A stretch of 64,000 nt of DNA from Thermodesulfobacteriota bacterium (GCA_965223335.1 OZ244991.1:1696001-1760000), one strand, 5' to 3'; shown: positions 18,956 to 29,025, counted from the stretch's first letter. Numbers and translations are program-made. Notes: generated by a model not told the origin, from the letters alone.

Positions 18956-20198
18956 CTGTAGGGTTGTAGTCTTTATATAAAGTTTTAGGGTTGGTATTGC
19001 CCATATTGATGCGTTCCTGGAGTGTAGGCATCAATGCGGGCAGGGGTTTGTTCCTTTTTATGTTGCAAAGTTTTATCAGCAGAGACTTCGAGCGCGGCAC
19101 AGAATCCACGGGCATCGTTTCAAACAGGTCGTCGTCCATCGCTGCCTGGAACGCTTCGTGTCCGGCCTCGGTGCGCACCGCCACAAATGTCCAACCGTCA
19201 AGCCCTATACCCCCGACACCTATGTCTGCATGCTCCGCCGAGTAGTCAAGGCAGTATAGGCATGCAGGGCGGGCAAACGGATGGAAGTCTTTTAGCTTCA
19301 TTATCTCCTCGCGCCCGTCTCTAAGTGTAATGATCACTTTTCCCTTCACATTTACATTAACAATATCAATGGGTTTTACATCAAGGGCTTCTGCAATGTA
19401 GCCGATATGCTCATGTGTAAAACTCTCCGAGCAAAATAGCCCGATTACAAGAGACACGTTTTTTTGATACCATTTTGCGACCTCAAGGCGGATGCTGCTG
19501 TACTGCTGCTGCCTCACACCGTCCACCTGGCACGGCACCCCGACTACCGCCAGGGGTTTTACATCGCGCTTCATAGCCTCTTGCAATGCAACTGTGTTTG
19601 GCGAGTATGTGTAACGCGACCCGCTGCACTGTAGGATCTCATCGGGGGTTGTTGCAAGCTTCTGTACACCCACCTGCGGGTTCTCAGGCTCTACATCCCC
19701 CGCCACTACACCTTTTATTGTGCCCTTGTTCATGGCATGTACTAATAGTGCACTTGTTACTCCGCCGTCTTGTCCCCTCTTTAAAAATTCCGGGTCTTTA
19801 GCGCGTGCTAGCACCGCATAGCTGTAGGGGCCGAAACCCTCGTCGATTATGGGCTGTTTAAAGCCCAACAGGTTTTGAAGGTCTTTGTCGAGTGGTCTTA
19901 GCACAGGGCAGACATCTGCGCACAATTCACAGAACACACATGCGTCTTTGCGAGTGTCTACCGGGTGTTCGTCTTTGTAATCAAATACATCGGTAGGGCA
20001 TATGGTCACACATGCAGCGCATCCCACACACTTGCCTGTGTCCACGATTTCGTCCATGAGAAAATCTACCGCTTTAAACCCGCCCCTGTTCAGCTCCGAA
20101 CGCCATGCGTATGCCCATTCGTAGGGATCAACACCCTCTGCGAGCATCTCTTTGTAACGTTTTTGTACAGACTCAACTAATTTGTCGCTATTACGCAT
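18921..20198 (-). CDS. Coenzyme F420 hydrogenase/dehydrogenase beta-subunit family protein (FrhB/FpoF-like) with N-terminal 2x[4Fe-4S] ferredoxin domain
   Basis: CVGCAACVTICP and CVFCELCADVCP; GQDGGVTSALL, GSRY, VGVPCQ, IGLFC, CLYCLD..ADIGVG. Confidence 0.88.
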   Translation of the reverse strand: MRNSDKLVESVQKRYKEMLAEGVDPYEWAYAWRSELNRGGFKAVDFLMDEIVDTGKCVGCAACVTICPTDVFDYKDEHPVDTRKDACVFCELCADVCPVLRPLDKDLQNLLGFKQPIIDEGFGPYSYAVLARAKDPEFLKRGQDGGVTSALLVHAMNKGTIKGVVAGDVEPENPQVGVQKLATTPDEILQCSGSRYTYSPNTVALQEAMKRDVKPLAVVGVPCQVDGVRQQQYSSIRLEVAKWYQKNVSLVIGLFCSESFTHEHIGYIAEALDVKPIDIVNVNVKGKVIITLRDGREEIMKLKDFHPFARPACLYCLDYSAEHADIGVGGIGLDGWTFVAVRTEAGHEAFQAAMDDDLFETMPVDSVPRSKSLLIKLCNIKRNKPLPALMPTLQERINMGNTNPKTLYKDYNPTDGGKQSKNGSK

Positions 20199-20592
20199 AT
20201 TAAAAGCCCCTTAATTTTGTTGTCGGCCGAGGATCATGCGCTATCATTTTGAGTATCATCTGACACCTTCGAGTCATCATATAATTATACTTCTATATCG
20301 ATAGAAAATCCCGGCAAGGTACATAGCCTAACGGTTTGTAATTATTCAGTCTTATCCTTTTTTTGTCCTCTTTTTTGTACTGAAATACTGCTAAATACAC
20401 CACTTTAATAACATAGTTGGACTGTTTAGTCAATTTTAGCGAAAATATAGTTCTATTCATCAGATTCAGATACGCTAAATTAGCCTATAATTATAACTTA
20501 TATCACCCATTCTAATTCGCTTGACATCATATAATTATAGATTATTTTCCTCAGTATAGGGTTAATTTTCTTTTATATTCAAACTCACCTAT

Positions 20593-21516
20593 ATGATTCA
20601 TGTAGAGCACCTTACTAAGAGATACGGTGACATTGTTGCGGTAGACGATCTGTCGTTCGATGTAAAGAGGGGCGAGGTCCTCGGATTTTTGGGGCCCAAC
20701 GGCGCCGGTAAGACCACTTCCATGCGTATGCTCACAGGCTACCTCCCCCCCACAGCCGGGACTATCGAGATCGGGGGCTATGACATATTCAACAACCCGC
20801 ACGAAGCCAAGATGCACATAGGATATCTGCCCGAGAACCCTCCTATCTATAATGATATGTCTGTAGCGGACTATCTGGATTTTGTTGCCGATCTAAAGCA
20901 GGTGGCGGCTGGGGATAAATCAAGGCAGGTCTCGGAAGTGATAGAGAGCTGTGGTATTGGGGATGTGAAAAACCGACTCATAGGTAATCTGTCGCGGGGC
21001 TACAAGCAGCGCATCGGGATCGCACAGGCACTGGTGAGCGACCCCTCGGTGGTTATTTTGGACGAACCCACCGTGGGACTAGACCCCAAACAGATTATCG
21101 AGATCAGGGAACTCATAAGGAATCTTGCAGACCACAAGACCGTGGTGCTGAGCACTCATATTCTGCCCGAGGTCACTATGGTGTGTAGCAAAGTGATTAT
21201 TATTAATAGGGGCAAAATGGCGCTCGAGCAAAGACTCGATTCTCTCTCTGATGATAGCAATAAAAACCATTATATATCTTTTAAAGTTAATGGCGATAGC
21301 TTTGGGGTTAAGTCACTCATAAGTACGATGGACGGAGTGGAGAACATAACCGAGTCTAATCGGGGCGAGTTTGAGGTAGAGGCCCGGGACGGTCTGGATT
21401 TGCGCGAGGGACTCTCAAAGCTATTGGTTGATAACGGCTTTGGGCTGCTAGAGATCAAGTCTCACTCGCAAACTATCGAAGAGGTGTTCCTAAGCGTGAT
21501 CTCAACAGAAGGTTAG
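20593..21516 (+). CDS. ABC-2 transporter ATP-binding protein (GldA-like)
   Basis: GPNGAGKTT, LSRGYKQR, LDEPTVGLDP, STHIL. Confidence 0.9.
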   Translation: MIHVEHLTKRYGDIVAVDDLSFDVKRGEVLGFLGPNGAGKTTSMRMLTGYLPPTAGTIEIGGYDIFNNPHEAKMHIGYLPENPPIYNDMSVADYLDFVADLKQVAAGDKSRQVSEVIESCGIGDVKNRLIGNLSRGYKQRIGIAQALVSDPSVVILDEPTVGLDPKQIIEIRELIRNLADHKTVVLSTHILPEVTMVCSKVIIINRGKMALEQRLDSLSDDSNKNHYISFKVNGDSFGVKSLISTMDGVENITESNRGEFEVEARDGLDLREGLSKLLVDNGFGLLEIKSHSQTIEEVFLSVISTEG

Positions 21517-21519
21517 TGT

Positions 21520-22272
21520 ATGGATCAAATTTTACCGATTCTAAAAAAAGAGCTCCGGTCCTATTTTTCCTCGCCCCTGGCCTATGTAATATTATTCGTT
21601 TTTCAAATCATTACGGGTTGGTTTTTCTACATCTATCTTATCCAGTACGTAAATGCTGGCCTCGACCCTGATTACCATATCTTGAAGGGAGTACTCAATC
21701 TAAACGAGTTCGTTATAAGGCAGTATATGCGAACCATAAGCATCGTGTTCTTGCTGATGCTCCCGCTGGTTTCGATGAGACTTATCTCCGAAGAGCGCCG
21801 ACAGCACACCTACGAGCTTATGTTCACCTCCCCCGTGTCAGTTCACAGCATCATACTGGGCAAGTACCTTGCAGCGCTTGTGCTCTTGGTGCTAATGCTT
21901 GGGCTTTCGGGTCTAAATATATTTTTATTGTTACGGTACGGTAACCCCGAGGTCCTGCCGATTCTAAGCGGGTATCTGGGGCTATTTTTGCTCGGGGCCA
22001 CTTACCTGTCGCTGGGCTTGTTTGCCTCTTCGATCACAAAGCACCAGATGATCGCAGGGATTGTGTCGTTCGGCATACTGCTCTTTCTTTGGATGGTGGG
22101 TGCATTGGCGGGTGAGAGCAGCGGGGTGCTCCAGTACCTATCGATCATCTATCATTTCGAGAGTTTTTCCAAAGGTGTGTTTGAGCTTAGGGACCTCGTG
22201 TACTATCTGTCGTTCATATTCTTTGGGCTCTTTATCACCTGGAGGGTGTTGGAATCGGAGAGGTGGCGATGA
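21520..22272 (+). CDS. ABC-2 transporter permease (GldF-like)
   Basis: KKELRSYFSSPLAY, SMRLISEERR..TYELMFTSP, multiple TM helices. Confidence 0.88.
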   Translation: MDQILPILKKELRSYFSSPLAYVILFVFQIITGWFFYIYLIQYVNAGLDPDYHILKGVLNLNEFVIRQYMRTISIVFLLMLPLVSMRLISEERRQHTYELMFTSPVSVHSIILGKYLAALVLLVLMLGLSGLNIFLLLRYGNPEVLPILSGYLGLFLLGATYLSLGLFASSITKHQMIAGIVSFGILLFLWMVGALAGESSGVLQYLSIIYHFESFSKGVFELRDLVYYLSFIFFGLFITWRVLESERWR

Positions 22273-23630
22273 GCACCAGGCGTTTTCTATACGGTTCAAA
22301 TGCGGTTTTATCCGTTCTCTTAGTTGTCGCGATTTTGGTGCTGCTTAACTATATAGTGGATAGACACAGTGTAAGGGTTGACCTTACCGAGGGGCAGATA
22401 CACTCGATCTCCGACCAAACCGAAAACGTGCTAGAAGGCATTTATAACGAGGTAGAGATCCTTGCTTTCTTTGACGAGTCCGGTGTGGACTGGGATGAAT
22501 TCAGAGACCTCCTTGACGAGTACACAAAGCGGTCGTCGAATCTAGTGGTCAGGTACATCGACCCCGACAAGTCACCGGGCCTTGCGACCAAGTACGGGGT
22601 GGTGGATTTTAGCACTGTTGTGGTCAAGGATGAAAATAGAGAGATAAAACTTGAGCTCTCGAACCCCCTCACTGGGGGCATTGCCGAAAACGCAGAGGAG
22701 CAGATCACAAACGCACTGGTGCGGTTGTCTAAAAACGATGCCAAGTCTGTGTATTTTGCCACGGGTCACGGCGAGCGCGACCACCGTGACGACCTTGAGC
22801 CCAAGGGGCTTGGACTGCTTTACAGGTCTATCAGGAACGACGGCTACAACGTGGACGGGATTGTGTTGTTAAAGGACAACAACCTTGCAGGGGGCTCGTC
22901 GGTCCTTATCATGGCCAGCCCCAAAGAAAAGCTTTCGGACCAGGAGAAAGAGACGATAGACAACTTTCTTAATAGCGGTGGCAAGGCAATTTTTATGGTC
23001 GAGCCCAAATCCGGCTACGATCTCGTCCGCATGCTAAGGCGTTACGGTGTGATGTTAAACGACGACGTAGTGATCGACCCCTCCTCAAAGCTCGTGGGCG
23101 GAGGGGATATCTCGCCCATAGTTTCCGAATACGTGCCGCACGATATTACATACGACTACAAACTCCTCACTATCTACCCTTACACGAGGAGCATAGATAT
23201 AGACCCTAAGCGAAACAGCCTTGCCAAGCTCATTGCAAAGACCGGGGAGTACAGCTGGTCCGAGAACAACTTCGAGCTTTTTGATGAGGGTATAGCCGAG
23301 CAGAATGAGAGTGATGTCGCAGGCCCCGTGGGTGTTGTAGCAGTTGCCGAAACCGATCGAGGGGGCAGGATTGCTGTCTTTGGTGGTGTGGATTTTGCAT
23401 CAAACAGGTTTTTGGATTTTTACGGCAACAAAGACTTTATTCTAAACACCCTCAACTGGGTTGCTGGGGAAGAGAACTATATCTCTATCAGACCTCGCTA
23501 CGCAAAAGAGAGTGTGATCACAATCACAGAGGATCAAATCAACAAGCTCTTTGGCTTCAGTGTCATAGCGCTTCCTTTGGTTATAATTTTGCTTGGCACC
23601 ATAGTATGGTGGAGAAGGAGGGGTATGTAG
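22269..23630 (+). CDS. GldG-like ABC auxiliary component
   Basis: N-terminal TM, RVDLT, YFATGHGE, N.DFILN..NW, C-terminal TM ending WWRRR; ATGA overlap with permease. Confidence 0.85.
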   Translation: MSTRRFLYGSNAVLSVLLVVAILVLLNYIVDRHSVRVDLTEGQIHSISDQTENVLEGIYNEVEILAFFDESGVDWDEFRDLLDEYTKRSSNLVVRYIDPDKSPGLATKYGVVDFSTVVVKDENREIKLELSNPLTGGIAENAEEQITNALVRLSKNDAKSVYFATGHGERDHRDDLEPKGLGLLYRSIRNDGYNVDGIVLLKDNNLAGGSSVLIMASPKEKLSDQEKETIDNFLNSGGKAIFMVEPKSGYDLVRMLRRYGVMLNDDVVIDPSSKLVGGGDISPIVSEYVPHDITYDYKLLTIYPYTRSIDIDPKRNSLAKLIAKTGEYSWSENNFELFDEGIAEQNESDVAGPVGVVAVAETDRGGRIAVFGGVDFASNRFLDFYGNKDFILNTLNWVAGEENYISIRPRYAKESVITITEDQINKLFGFSVIALPLVIILLGTIVWWRRRGM

Positions 23631-23646
23631 TCCGTACCTAGACCTC

Positions 23647-24183
23647 ATGAATAGATACATAAAACAGTTCCCGGGCACCTTTGCGGCAATCTGTATATTG
23701 GCTGTGCTGGGCCTCTATCTGCTGTTGTTTGAAAATGATGATGCTAAGAATAAGCCCCCGGAGAGCACAAACGTAATCCAAGATGTAGAGTCTTTGGATC
23801 GCGCAGACTACATAGAGCTTCTTTATCGCTCCCAGGGAATAGTGCTCGAGCGAGAGGCCGCTACGTGGTGGCTCGTCGAGGACGATAACAGAAAAAGAGC
23901 CGATTCCACATCGGTTGAGAATTTAATTAACGAGATAAAGAAGATGCGTGTGCATAAAACCAGCACAGAGAATAAGGTAGATACGGATCTCTACGGGCTC
24001 GATAACCCGGTTGTGATCATAACCCTCCGATCGCGCGGGTCAGAGTATGTTTTCTATGTTGGTAACGAGGCCCCCGCCAGCAACTCTCGTTATGTACAGA
24101 GCGCCGATACCACTGACATTATGGTTATAGACGAGCGCTATCTTGCCCCTCTAATCGATATCACTTCAAAGGATTTACAATAA
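23647..24183 (+). CDS. DUF4340-like membrane-anchored protein
   Basis: N-terminal TM, YGLDNP, VGNEAP..RYV motifs; typical fourth gene of Gld-like ABC units. Confidence 0.7.
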   Translation: MNRYIKQFPGTFAAICILAVLGLYLLLFENDDAKNKPPESTNVIQDVESLDRADYIELLYRSQGIVLEREAATWWLVEDDNRKRADSTSVENLINEIKKMRVHKTSTENKVDTDLYGLDNPVVIITLRSRGSEYVFYVGNEAPASNSRYVQSADTTDIMVIDERYLAPLIDITSKDLQ

Positions 24184-24190
24184 ACGCTAT

Positions 24191-25996
24191 TTATTGATCT
24201 GCTTTCTCTTTGTTTTTTATATCCAGTTTGATGCCTAGTTCTAGCAGCTGGTCAATGGACACAGGCGACGGAGCCTCTGTCAGCGGGCATAGCCCCTTTT
24301 GAGTTTTTGGGAACGCTATAACATCCCTTATGGATGTAGCCCCGCATATCAGCATGACGATCCTGTCGAGCCCAAGTGCAATACCCCCGTGCGGCGGTGC
24401 CCCGAACTCAAGCGCGTCCAACAGGAATCCAAACTTGTTTCGAGCCTCTTCTTTGCTGAGCCCGATCACATCGAATATTTTTTCCTGTATGTCCTTCCTA
24501 TAGTTCCTTATGCTGCCCCCGCCTATCTCTACACCGTTTAAAACCACATCATACGCCCGAGACATTACTTCACCGTGCTTGGAATCGAGCAGCGGGATGT
24601 CCTCTTCTTTGGGTGACGTAAAAGGGTGGTGCATTGCCACGTAGCGTTTTTCGTTGTGGTCAAAATCCAGTAGCGGGAAGTCCTCGACCCAAAGGAAGTT
24701 AAGTTTCTCTGGGTCAATCATTCCGAACAGCTCCCCGAAATGAAGTCTTAGGTGCGAGAGCACCAGGTTTACGATATGGGGCGAGTCGGCACCGAAAAAC
24801 ACAATATCCCCGTCCTCGATGTCAACTGTATCTTTAAGTGCTGCGCGTTCCTCGTCACTAAAGAACTTGGTTATGGGCGACTGCCACTCGCCGTCCGCAA
24901 CCCTTATCCATGCTAATCCCTTAGCACCCAAAGATTTGGCCACATCCGTAAGGTCGTCGATCTCTTTTCTAGAGAGCTCGGGGCCTTTACCTTTTAGATT
25001 AAGGGCTTTTATGATGCCACCGTGTTTAATAGCCCCGCTGAACACCTTAAACTCAGACTCTTTGAATATCTCGGATATGTCCACAAGTTCCATGCCAAAC
25101 CGCGTATCGGGTCTGTCGGTTCCATACCTAAGTGTTGCCTCCTCGTGGGTCATTCGCGGAAACGGTGTGGGTATCTCTACCTCCTTTGTTTCCAGGAATA
25201 TGGCTTTTAATATGCCTTCTACTACCTTCATAATATCGTCCTCGCCTATGAACGACATCTCGAGGTCAACCTGTGTGAATTCGGGTTGGCGGTCGGCTCT
25301 CAGGTCCTCGTCCCTAAAGCAGCGCACTATTTGGTAATAGCGGTCAAAGCCCGATACCATCAGTGTCTGTTTTAGGAGCTGTGGCGATTGGGGCAGTGCA
25401 TAGAACTCGCCCTGGTTAAGGCGGCTCGGGACCAAAAAGTCCCTTGCCCCCTCGGGTGTGGACCTGGTCAGATAGGGGGTTTCGATCTCTATGAATCCCT
25501 CCGAGTTTAGAAACGATCTTGTAGCCGAGACCGATTTATGCCGAAGCATGATATTATCTCTCATTGCGTTTCTTCTAAGGTCCAGGAACCTGTACTTCAT
25601 CCTAATGAACTCATCAACGTTGATTTCATCCTCTATCAGAAACGGCAGTACGTTGGATGTGTTTAGCACACGGAGCTCGTCTGCAAAGACCTCTACCTCC
25701 CCGGTTTTTAGGTTGGGATTAATCGTCTCGTCTGTTCTTTTGGCCACCTTGCCCTTTATTGCGATCACCCACTCGTCCCTAACGGCTTCTGCTTTTGTAT
25801 GGACATCTTTGCTTACCTCGGGATTACACACAATCTGTACCAGCCCCTCTCGGTCGCGGAGGTCAAGGAATATCACACCTCCGTGGTCCCTGTGTGATTG
25901 CACCCATCCCATTAGCGTTACCTCATGGCCCTCGTCTTCAGTTGTAATGACCCCGCAGTAATCCGATCTAACCCAATCTCCAATCAGCTCAAGCAT
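24191..25996 (-). CDS. aspS: Aspartate--tRNA ligase (possibly non-discriminating Asp/Asn)
   Basis: [42 protein letters not shown]. Confidence 0.97.
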   Translation of the reverse strand: MLELIGDWVRSDYCGVITTEDEGHEVTLMGWVQSHRDHGGVIFLDLRDREGLVQIVCNPEVSKDVHTKAEAVRDEWVIAIKGKVAKRTDETINPNLKTGEVEVFADELRVLNTSNVLPFLIEDEINVDEFIRMKYRFLDLRRNAMRDNIMLRHKSVSATRSFLNSEGFIEIETPYLTRSTPEGARDFLVPSRLNQGEFYALPQSPQLLKQTLMVSGFDRYYQIVRCFRDEDLRADRQPEFTQVDLEMSFIGEDDIMKVVEGILKAIFLETKEVEIPTPFPRMTHEEATLRYGTDRPDTRFGMELVDISEIFKESEFKVFSGAIKHGGIIKALNLKGKGPELSRKEIDDLTDVAKSLGAKGLAWIRVADGEWQSPITKFFSDEERAALKDTVDIEDGDIVFFGADSPHIVNLVLSHLRLHFGELFGMIDPEKLNFLWVEDFPLLDFDHNEKRYVAMHHPFTSPKEEDIPLLDSKHGEVMSRAYDVVLNGVEIGGGSIRNYRKDIQEKIFDVIGLSKEEARNKFGFLLDALEFGAPPHGGIALGLDRIVMLICGATSIRDVIAFPKTQKGLCPLTEAPSPVSIDQLLELGIKLDIKNKEKADQ

Positions 25997-26135
25997 AAAA
26001 TTAAAACTCCTTTAGATTTCGTTTTGACGGGAGAAAATGTTAACTTTATTAAAGTCCCTTAGCAAGATAGCAGTAAAGAGAGAAATGCTGTTTATCTTAG
26101 GGGCCTATTACTGGCTTAAAATCGAGTTTCTATAG

Positions 26136-27047
26136 TTGACCCACACCACAAAAGACAACAATAACAAATTTCGATCGGGCTTCGTCTCAATTGTCGGCAG
26201 ACCCAATGTGGGCAAGTCCACACTGCTAAACGCCTTAGTGGGCGAGAAACTCTCTGCCGTGTCCCCAAAGCCCAACACCACGCGAAACAGGATCACGGGG
26301 ATAAAGACTACAAAGAGCTCCCAGATTGTGTTTCTCGACACCCCCGGGATCTACAAATCAAAGAACCTTTTGGGAAAGACCATGGTGCGTACCGCTAGGG
26401 ACACCCTGGCTGAGGGCGACCTGGTTATTTTCATGATAGAGGTCTCGGACCCCTTTGGCCCTGGCGACAGGTTTATCTTAAAAAATTTATCTAAACCCGT
26501 GGTGTTGGTGATAAACAAAATCGATACGGTGAAAAAATCTAAACTCCTCACAATAATAAACCAGGCGGCTCGTTACGAGGACAAGTTCCTTGAGATTATC
26601 CCAATCTCTGCCGAGACCCATGACGGAGTGGATATTTTAGAAAACACCATAGTCAAGTACCTGCCCGAGGGCCCTAAATACTTCCCCGACGATATGATCA
26701 CAGACCAGCCCGAGAGGTTCCTGGTGGCCGAATTGATCAGGGAAAAGATATTCATCCTCACACATGAAGAGATCCCCTACCGCACTGCTGTGGCCATAGA
26801 GGACTATTACGAGGACGAGACGAAAGGTCTACTTAACATCCATGCGGTCATATATGTAGAGAGAAAGAACCACAAGGGTATTGTGATCGGCAAACGGGGA
26901 GCGCTCTTAAAAGAGATCGGCACACTGGCTCGTAAAGAGATCGAGGGCATACTCGGGATTAAGGTCTATCTTGAGCTCTGGGTAAAGGTCATGGACAAAT
27001 GGACCGACCGCTCCAACCTGATCAGGGAGTTCGGTTACAGTACCTAA
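26136..27047 (+). CDS. era: GTPase Era
   Basis: GRPNVGKS, TTR, DTPG, NKID, KH domain VIGKRG; TTG start. Confidence 0.96.
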   Translation: MTHTTKDNNNKFRSGFVSIVGRPNVGKSTLLNALVGEKLSAVSPKPNTTRNRITGIKTTKSSQIVFLDTPGIYKSKNLLGKTMVRTARDTLAEGDLVIFMIEVSDPFGPGDRFILKNLSKPVVLVINKIDTVKKSKLLTIINQAARYEDKFLEIIPISAETHDGVDILENTIVKYLPEGPKYFPDDMITDQPERFLVAELIREKIFILTHEEIPYRTAVAIEDYYEDETKGLLNIHAVIYVERKNHKGIVIGKRGALLKEIGTLARKEIEGILGIKVYLELWVKVMDKWTDRSNLIREFGYST

Positions 27048-27050
27048 AGG

Positions 27051-27833
27051 TCATTCGCCTTTAAACACCGGTTTTCTTTTTTCGCTGAAAGCACGCCTGC
27101 CTTCTTTGTAATCGGCGCTGTTTTGCAATTTGTCCAGCAATTCTCTCACAACCTTTTGCTCAGTTTCACTCAGTTGGACGTTCCTCTGCCACGCATTCGT
27201 CATCTCTTTTAGAGTTATAAGCGAGAGAGGGGCGTTCTCTGCTATTTCCACCGCCATATCCATGGTGAATCGTTCCAGGTCCTCACTCGGGACTGTGAAG
27301 TTCACAAGCCCTATTTCGCAGGCCCTCTCCGAGCTTATCGGTCTGCCGATCAGGAATAGCTCTTTCGTATAGCCGGGCCCTATGAGTTTTAAAAACTTCT
27401 TAAGCCCGCTAAATGTATATGCCACTCCTAGTTTTGCCGGGGGTATAGCCAGTTTTGAGCCTGCCCGAGCAACCCTGATGTCACAGGTAACAGCGATCTC
27501 GAGCCCGGCCCCAAATGTGTGGCCGTTTATCATTGCGATAACAGGGTATGGGAAGTTCTCGATGGAATCTACCGCTAAAGATAGCGGATGGTCGCTCTCA
27601 TAATCACGCAGCATATCGCTATCCCCAATAGCCGTTATATCGTAGCCCGATGAAAACACCTTGTCCCCGGCCCCCTTAATGACGATGCACCTGGTTTTAT
27701 CCTCGAGCTTAAGGCGCTCTATAGCGGAGTGCAGATCACCCAGCATCTCTACGCTAAGCAGGTTGCGTTTCTCGGGTCTATTGAGTGTAATTGTGCATAC
27801 ACGTCCCTGTTGCTCAAGATCTATGTGCGACAA
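27051..27833 (-). CDS. Crotonase/enoyl-CoA hydratase superfamily protein
   Basis: LNRPEKRN, FSSGYDI, GAGLEIA, PPAKLG, EGRRAFSEKRKPVF. Confidence 0.88.
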   Translation of the reverse strand: MSHIDLEQQGRVCTITLNRPEKRNLLSVEMLGDLHSAIERLKLEDKTRCIVIKGAGDKVFSSGYDITAIGDSDMLRDYESDHPLSLAVDSIENFPYPVIAMINGHTFGAGLEIAVTCDIRVARAGSKLAIPPAKLGVAYTFSGLKKFLKLIGPGYTKELFLIGRPISSERACEIGLVNFTVPSEDLERFTMDMAVEIAENAPLSLITLKEMTNAWQRNVQLSETEQKVVRELLDKLQNSADYKEGRRAFSEKRKPVFKGE

Positions 27834-27976
27834 ACCGTTTTCTCCCGATACACCTTCAAATACTATTATCTATATGCTATTTTTTTTCAAACAAAATCCC
27901 AATCAGTTACATATGTACTAGAGCTAATGTAAAATTTTAGTTATTATTAACGCTTCACAGAATTAAGGGGGACATA

Positions 27977-28480
27977 ATGCCTTTATTTGAATACGAGTGT
28001 GACGAGTGCATGAGCAGGTATAACAACGATATCGATGCCTTGGTCGCAAAGCTCAATAAGACAAACGCTTCTAAGATAATGAAAAACAACAAGGGAATTC
28101 TCTACATAGAGGTCACGGACGATACGAAAAAGAAGCAGAGCTTCGCGATGGGCGAGAAGGGCAAAAAGAGGGATATCCGTAGGTTTAAATACACACTCGA
28201 CAATGAAAAGGTCCTATACCTCGAGCTTGTAAACTTTAGGTTCAGCACCTTGATCTATGATGACGAGGACAAGGAGAACCTTAGCTGCCCTGCATGCGAA
28301 AGCACCGATGTCCGAAGGGTGTTCTCTACTTTTAAGGCCATATTCGACGACAAGAGCAAACGAGAACCCGGCCCCGGCGATGAGCTCAGATGGCATATGG
28401 AATACAAAGAACAAAAAGACGAAGAGATGAAAAACGACTGGGTTGGTCAAGAACATCTGAACCAGTACTTCAATAGATAA
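27977..28480 (+). CDS. FmdB-like zinc-ribbon protein with large internal insertion (paralog 1)
   Basis: MPLFEYECDEC ... CPACESTDVRRVFS; GGGGG SD. Confidence 0.7.
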   Translation: MPLFEYECDECMSRYNNDIDALVAKLNKTNASKIMKNNKGILYIEVTDDTKKKQSFAMGEKGKKRDIRRFKYTLDNEKVLYLELVNFRFSTLIYDDEDKENLSCPACESTDVRRVFSTFKAIFDDKSKREPGPGDELRWHMEYKEQKDEEMKNDWVGQEHLNQYFNR

Positions 28481-28500
28481 TAGGTTGTTGGGAGGTAGTA

Positions 28501-28986
28501 ATGCCGCTTTTTGAATACGAGTGTAAGGTTTGCAGAAAAGGTGTTGAGGAATCGATAGAACAGTTAACAAAAAAGGTTAATAAGAAAAAAGTGTCTGATC
28601 TGGTTAAGAAGTACGATAATATCAACCATATCGGTGTGCTTGATCTAGAGAATGAAAAGGTAGTTGCAGAGCATGGCAAACGCGATAGGGAAGCTGTGGA
28701 TCTGGATTTTTATATAAATGAAGGCGAGTTCCTGGTCTTTATAAACCTTCCCAGCAATTTCCGGTTTTCCGAACTCATATACGAAGAGGGCGATGAAAAA
28801 AAAGTAAAATGCCCTTATTGCGATACTAAAAAAATTGAGAAGGTCGTATCTGGTTTTGCATTTACATCCGATCTGTCCACCGACATGCCCAAACCCGATC
28901 TATCCAATCTGCCGCCGGGTGTAAGGGAAAATACTTTTATAGGTGATTATATAGAAGAGAAAGACAGACCCAAGAAAAACAGATAG
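28501..28986 (+). CDS. FmdB-like zinc-ribbon protein with large internal insertion (paralog 2)
   Basis: MPLFEYECKVC ... CPYCDTKKIEKVVS; GGAGG SD. Confidence 0.7.
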   Translation: MPLFEYECKVCRKGVEESIEQLTKKVNKKKVSDLVKKYDNINHIGVLDLENEKVVAEHGKRDREAVDLDFYINEGEFLVFINLPSNFRFSELIYEEGDEKKVKCPYCDTKKIEKVVSGFAFTSDLSTDMPKPDLSNLPPGVRENTFIGDYIEEKDRPKKNR

Positions 28987-29025
28987 CAGTTATTGCGAAA
29001 AGTAACCAAATAAATTGATCCAAAC

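Noticed and set aside
20593..24183. Gliding motility system
   Set aside because: GldAFG-like ABC units with DUF4340 are widespread outside gliding bacteria, and no other gliding or T9SS genes are present.
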